Below are positions 60,419 to 64,000 of a stretch of 64,000 nucleotides of DNA, piece by piece (position 1 is the first letter of the stretch; each line of letters begins with the position of its first letter). The stretch is from Bacteroidia bacterium (lineage in GTDB: Bacteria > Bacteroidota > Bacteroidia > NS11-12g > UBA9320). The stretch is taken from assembly GCA_965216465.1 (NCBI GenBank), contig CBDCFW010000005.1, forward strand, positions 544,001 to 608,000. The letters are read 5' to 3'. The notes under the pieces were generated by a model. That model had not been told where the DNA came from, did not search any database, and saw nothing but the letters and a program-made list of their open reading frames with translations. The translations under genes and the position numbers were made by a program.

Positions 60419-60988
60419 ATGACTGAATTCTACAACTCAGAAGACAATGTAAATGAATATATCAAACTAGCCGAAGATGTATCTAGTGAAGAAATTATTA
60501 ATCAACTAAAACAGCATATTGCAAGCGGTGTTAAAGTGCTGGAATTGGGTTCGGGTCCTGGAACCGATTGGCAACTGTTGAACCAATCATTCAAGACAAC
60601 AGGCTCCGACCTTTCAAATGAGTTCCTAGCTCATCTCAAAAAAACTTATCCAGATGGTGAATTTCTACATTTAGATGCTGTAACCATTGATACACAGTAC
60701 AAATTTGACGCGATATATTCCAACAAGGTTCTGCACCATCTCAATGATACGGAATTAAAAAAGTCAATTCTTCGACAATCTCAGATTCTTCAACCTGGTG
60801 GTGTTGTATGCCACTCCTTTTGGAATGGAAAGGGAGATGAAATATTCAAAGGAATGTACGTCAACTACCACCTTCAAGAAGAACTTAAAACCTTGTTTCT
60901 TCCCCATTTCAATATACTCGAAACAAGATTGTATAAGGAGTTTGAAGAAGATGACTCGGTCTTCATTATTGCAAAACTCAGGGTGTAG
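60419..60988 (+). CDS. Class I SAM-dependent methyltransferase
   Basis: VLELGSGPG, FDAIYS...VLHHL, LQPGG. Confidence 0.88.
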   Translation: MTEFYNSEDNVNEYIKLAEDVSSEEIINQLKQHIASGVKVLELGSGPGTDWQLLNQSFKTTGSDLSNEFLAHLKKTYPDGEFLHLDAVTIDTQYKFDAIYSNKVLHHLNDTELKKSILRQSQILQPGGVVCHSFWNGKGDEIFKGMYVNYHLQEELKTLFLPHFNILETRLYKEFEEDDSVFIIAKLRV

Positions 60989-61195
60989 ACAGCTTCATCA
61001 ACCTCATTTTTTTTCAAATTTTAACCTATCCCCTTCGCCATGACAATTTTTTTCTCTCTATAAGGATTCGCACTAGACCATCTAGAAAAATAAAAGTCAT
61101 GAAAATCAATTTCTGGAAGTAACCGCTAACACTTTGAATTCTGGTCTAAAACGGAACTATTCGACATTTATTTAACTAGTTGCCTTCAATTTATT

Positions 61196-61239
61196 TACAT
61201 TTTGTTTAATCTTTTTTATAAAACTTTAAACAAAATGTA
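61196..61239. promoter_or_regulatory. 14-bp perfect inverted repeat (putative operator) upstream of the fasciclin gene
   Basis: TACATTTTGTTTAA-N16-TTAAACAAAATGTA. Confidence 0.6.
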
Positions 61240-61274
61240 GATTTTATGGTTTATTGATTAAGTAATTTATAATC

Positions 61275-61871
61275 ATGAAGAAAAAATCCAACCTTATTTT
61301 GACTTTGGTACTAGGTGCCACGGTTATGTTCAGTGCCTCATGCCAAAAAGAATCAATGAGTCCAATCTCTCAGGCCCAATCACCAACTATTGAGCTAGGA
61401 GATGATGCTGTTATGAGCACAAAGAAAGGCAGCCAATCTATCGCTGAAATAGCTATCGACAATAACTTCGATGAGCTTGTTGCTGCATTATCTTATGTAG
61501 ACTCTGCAGAAGGAACAACACTTGTTAACATGTTTCTTAATGGAACAGATCAATATACTGTATTTGCTCCGACAGATGCGGCTTTTAACAATCTATACAG
61601 TGCCTTAGGAGTCTCTGAAATTACTGATATCGATTCTGATGTAGTACTTGATGTGCTTCTTTATCACGTTACCGATGGCAGAAGAAGTTCGAACAGTGTA
61701 GTTCCTAAAAAGAAAAGCAGATCAATAACAACTTTATTGAACGAAAGCTTTGATGTGAATTCAGATTTGAGTATTGATGCTATTGGCAACTCAGCTAACA
61801 TCACAGCTGCAAACATTTCAGCTTCTAATGGTATTATTCATGTAATTGACACCGTAATTCTTCCATTCTAA
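61275..61871 (+). CDS. Fasciclin (FAS1) domain lipoprotein
   Basis: Lipobox SASC; TVFAPTDAAF, LLYHV and ASNGIIHVIDTVILP. Confidence 0.92.
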   Translation: MKKKSNLILTLVLGATVMFSASCQKESMSPISQAQSPTIELGDDAVMSTKKGSQSIAEIAIDNNFDELVAALSYVDSAEGTTLVNMFLNGTDQYTVFAPTDAAFNNLYSALGVSEITDIDSDVVLDVLLYHVTDGRRSSNSVVPKKKSRSITTLLNESFDVNSDLSIDAIGNSANITAANISASNGIIHVIDTVILPF

Positions 61872-61915
61872 ACATAATTTAGCTTTTATCATATAAACCT
61901 CTTAGAGGTTAAATG

Positions 61916-61948
61916 GCCCCCATACGTTTCAAGTTTGGGGGCTGTTTT
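61916..61948 (+). terminator. Intrinsic terminator
   Basis: GCCCCCA...TGGGGGC stem followed by TGTTTT. Confidence 0.6.
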
Positions 61949-62009
61949 GCTTCTAAGACAAATCTACATTTGTAAAATAACGGGTTGTCTTAGTACTTTA
62001 GGAAGCAAG

Positions 62010-62591
62010 CTATTGTGCTTCTGAATATGATTTCAATCCCTCTAGTGCTGAGCTCCATGTTTTGTCAACATTTTTCTTCACCGCATTTTTCATTAGGTTG
62101 GCTAATCCTCTAGTTTTGTATCCACCGCGTACTACTACTTTAGTTGTGGAATCGTTGATTTGTTCAAGGTATATAACTTCCGTAATAGTTTCAAGTAAAC
62201 CTGAATTTGACTCGAGCATGGTAAAGCCCCACTTAACCTCTTTCTCGTAAGCAATCATCTCTTCATAATACTTATTAGAGTTTAACTGAGCCAGACGCTT
62301 TGAACCAACGCCTTTTTCAGTTTCTACTTCCATTTTAGCCCATTTAACCCCTGGAAACCAATTTGGATAGCCAGGGCTATCATCTATTATGTTCCAAACC
62401 GTAGATAAACTAGCATTTATAGTAATACTTTTAGAGAACTGAATTGCTGCTGAGTCAAGATAATCTTCTCCTTGAGGAGTCATCTTTTTTTTGTAATGAA
62501 TCTTTTGCATCTTGTGATTAGATAAATTGGGTTGTTCTGATCTACCAAACAGACCAAGAGCAACAATGATGATGTAACTTATAATTTTCAT
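62010..62591 (-). CDS. SRPBCC (polyketide cyclase/dehydrase-like) protein
   Basis: SITINASLSTVW...YPNWFPGV...GVGSKR; C-terminal ALEGLKSYSE helix. Confidence 0.8.
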   Translation of the reverse strand: MKIISYIIIVALGLFGRSEQPNLSNHKMQKIHYKKKMTPQGEDYLDSAAIQFSKSITINASLSTVWNIIDDSPGYPNWFPGVKWAKMEVETEKGVGSKRLAQLNSNKYYEEMIAYEKEVKWGFTMLESNSGLLETITEVIYLEQINDSTTKVVVRGGYKTRGLANLMKNAVKKNVDKTWSSALEGLKSYSEAQ

Positions 62592-62678
62592 GTTATGATC
62601 TTTTGTTAGGCAAATAGACCACTTATTAAGAACTCCGTTTTGTACGATTTACGGAATTGCTTATACAAATTGCAGACG

Positions 62679-63593
62679 CTAGAAATTATTGCGGTATTCT
62701 TTAGGAGGGATTCCCGTTTTAGTCTTAAAAAACCTTGTAAAGTACTGAGGATAGTTAAAGCCGAGCTTAAACGCAATCTCGCTTATCGAATATTCACTAC
62801 CATGGAGCAAATTCTTCGCCCTGTCAATAACTTGATCGTCGATATGTTCCTTTACGGTTCGGCCTGTTTCTTTTTTTATAATATCACTAAGATAATGAGG
62901 GGAAAGATCCATTTGATTTGCAAAAAATGCAGTATCGGGAACTTCAGTAAGTGATGAATTCTCAGCGTGAAAATGATCAATTAATAACCTTTCGAATTTG
63001 GCTAATTTCTCATTATTCTCGAATTGTCTTGTTTCAAACTGTCGCTCATAAAATCGCTGGCAATACTTGAGCAGCAATTCAATATTCGATACGATTAAAT
63101 TCGAGCTATGCTGATCTGTACTCTTGTTGTATTCATCGACAATATTTTCAACGATTTTATCCGTAATTGACTGCTCTTTCTGAGATAGATGTAATGCTTC
63201 GAATACATCATAGTTAAAGAAATTGAATTGTCGGATATAATTATCCAATGAGTGTTTTCTTAGAAGATTGGGGTGAAAATACAAAATCCAGCCCTTCATA
63301 TCTCCCAACTTCACTTGCTCAACGGGGGAATACAATTGGCCCGGAGCCGCAAATACCATAGTGCCTTGATGAAAGTCGTAGCTCCTCCTCCCATACAAAA
63401 TTCCATCACTGTTGTCCTTTTTTGAAATTGAATAAAGATTATACATCAGTGTTGTGTCTAGCATAGCTTCTTCTACTTCAATATCTGCCGCATTGATCAA
63501 TGAAATATGAGGATGGCTAGGCTCAGGAAGTCCCATGGCTTTGTGAATCTGACTTATCGTATCCACTCTGATAATCTCGGTGCTCTTTTGCAT
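62679..63593 (-). CDS. AraC-family transcriptional regulator
   Basis: YGRRSYDF; LSPHYLSDIIKKETG; SISEIAFKLGFNYPQYFTRFFK. Confidence 0.92.
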   Translation of the reverse strand: MQKSTEIIRVDTISQIHKAMGLPEPSHPHISLINAADIEVEEAMLDTTLMYNLYSISKKDNSDGILYGRRSYDFHQGTMVFAAPGQLYSPVEQVKLGDMKGWILYFHPNLLRKHSLDNYIRQFNFFNYDVFEALHLSQKEQSITDKIVENIVDEYNKSTDQHSSNLIVSNIELLLKYCQRFYERQFETRQFENNEKLAKFERLLIDHFHAENSSLTEVPDTAFFANQMDLSPHYLSDIIKKETGRTVKEHIDDQVIDRAKNLLHGSEYSISEIAFKLGFNYPQYFTRFFKTKTGIPPKEYRNNF

Positions 63594-63623
63594 CAGTCAA
63601 TCAAAGATAAATTTTCTCCACCA

Positions 63624-64000
63624 CTAATTTATCACCAACCTATACCCCACTCCTCGAATATTTACAATCTTTACGTTGGGGTCTGAATTTAGTTTTTTGC
63701 GGAGTTTGGAGATAAAGACATCCAAGGTGCGTCCTTCATAACTTCCAGCATCTCCCCATACTTGGTTTAAGATGTAGTCTCTTTCGAGGGTTATATTCTC
63801 ATTTGAATACAGCAAGAAGAGTAAATCAGACTCGGTGCTCGAAAGTTCAAGCGTTTCTGCTCTGAGAAGGAGTAACATTCCTTTTCGATCAAATTGATAT
63901 TTTCCAATTTTTATAAGTTCTGCTTTCTTGTTTTTCTTAGAGTTCACTAACCAAAAAACCGCAGCCCCAGCAAGTAGAATGATGCCCAAAAGAATGCCTG
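63624..64000 (-). CDS. Membrane-anchored OmpR-type winged-helix regulator (C-terminal part)
   Basis: TM segment then LSSTESDLL...RTLDVFISKLRKKL...IRGVGY; 5' end probably lies outside the window. Confidence 0.8.
   Translation of the reverse strand, partial: GILLGIILLAGAAVFWLVNSKKNKKAELIKIGKYQFDRKGMLLLLRAETLELSSTESDLLFLLYSNENITLERDYILNQVWGDAGSYEGRTLDVFISKLRKKLNSDPNVKIVNIRGVGYRLVIN

Noticed and set aside
1838-62954. Many short ORFs nested in or antisense to long genes (e.g. 4498-4857, 33797-34231, 62640-62954)
   Set aside because: They overlap well-supported genes almost entirely and show no recognisable motifs.

Overview
64-kb window from a Bacteroidota genome (T9SS C-terminal sorting domains, many TAnnTTTG -7 promoter elements). 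It opens with core genes: partial dsbD, a GH73-LysM hydrolase, an SSS transporter, a LOG-family gene and mnmE. An integrative island follows, inserted in the 3' end of mnmE. The mnmE 3'-end core (TTyTGTATTG-N5-TGA) recurs at 19781 and 28627, and a ~100-bp diverged copy of the mnmE 3' end lies at 31273, pointing to tandem accretion of related elements. The first element (~6.5-19.8 kb) is satellite-like: Xis, tyrosine integrase, second Xis, primase-helicase and TGTAACA iterons, with no capsid or conjugation genes. It carries a long structured-RNA candidate, a candidate defence operon with no recognisable nuclease (HTH - adenine MTase - MORC/GHKL ATPase - ABC-type ATPase, preceded by a HhH-glycosylase-like gene) and a HEPN pair. 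Later segments carry T9SS cargo and a frameshifted amidohydrolase. The rest of the window holds hipBA, an apparently phospho-dead two-component pair next to a T9SS type-B protein, a PIG-L/small membrane protein/SSS operon, two large T9SS metalloproteases and assorted small genes. All calls come from reading motifs by eye; no database searches were run.
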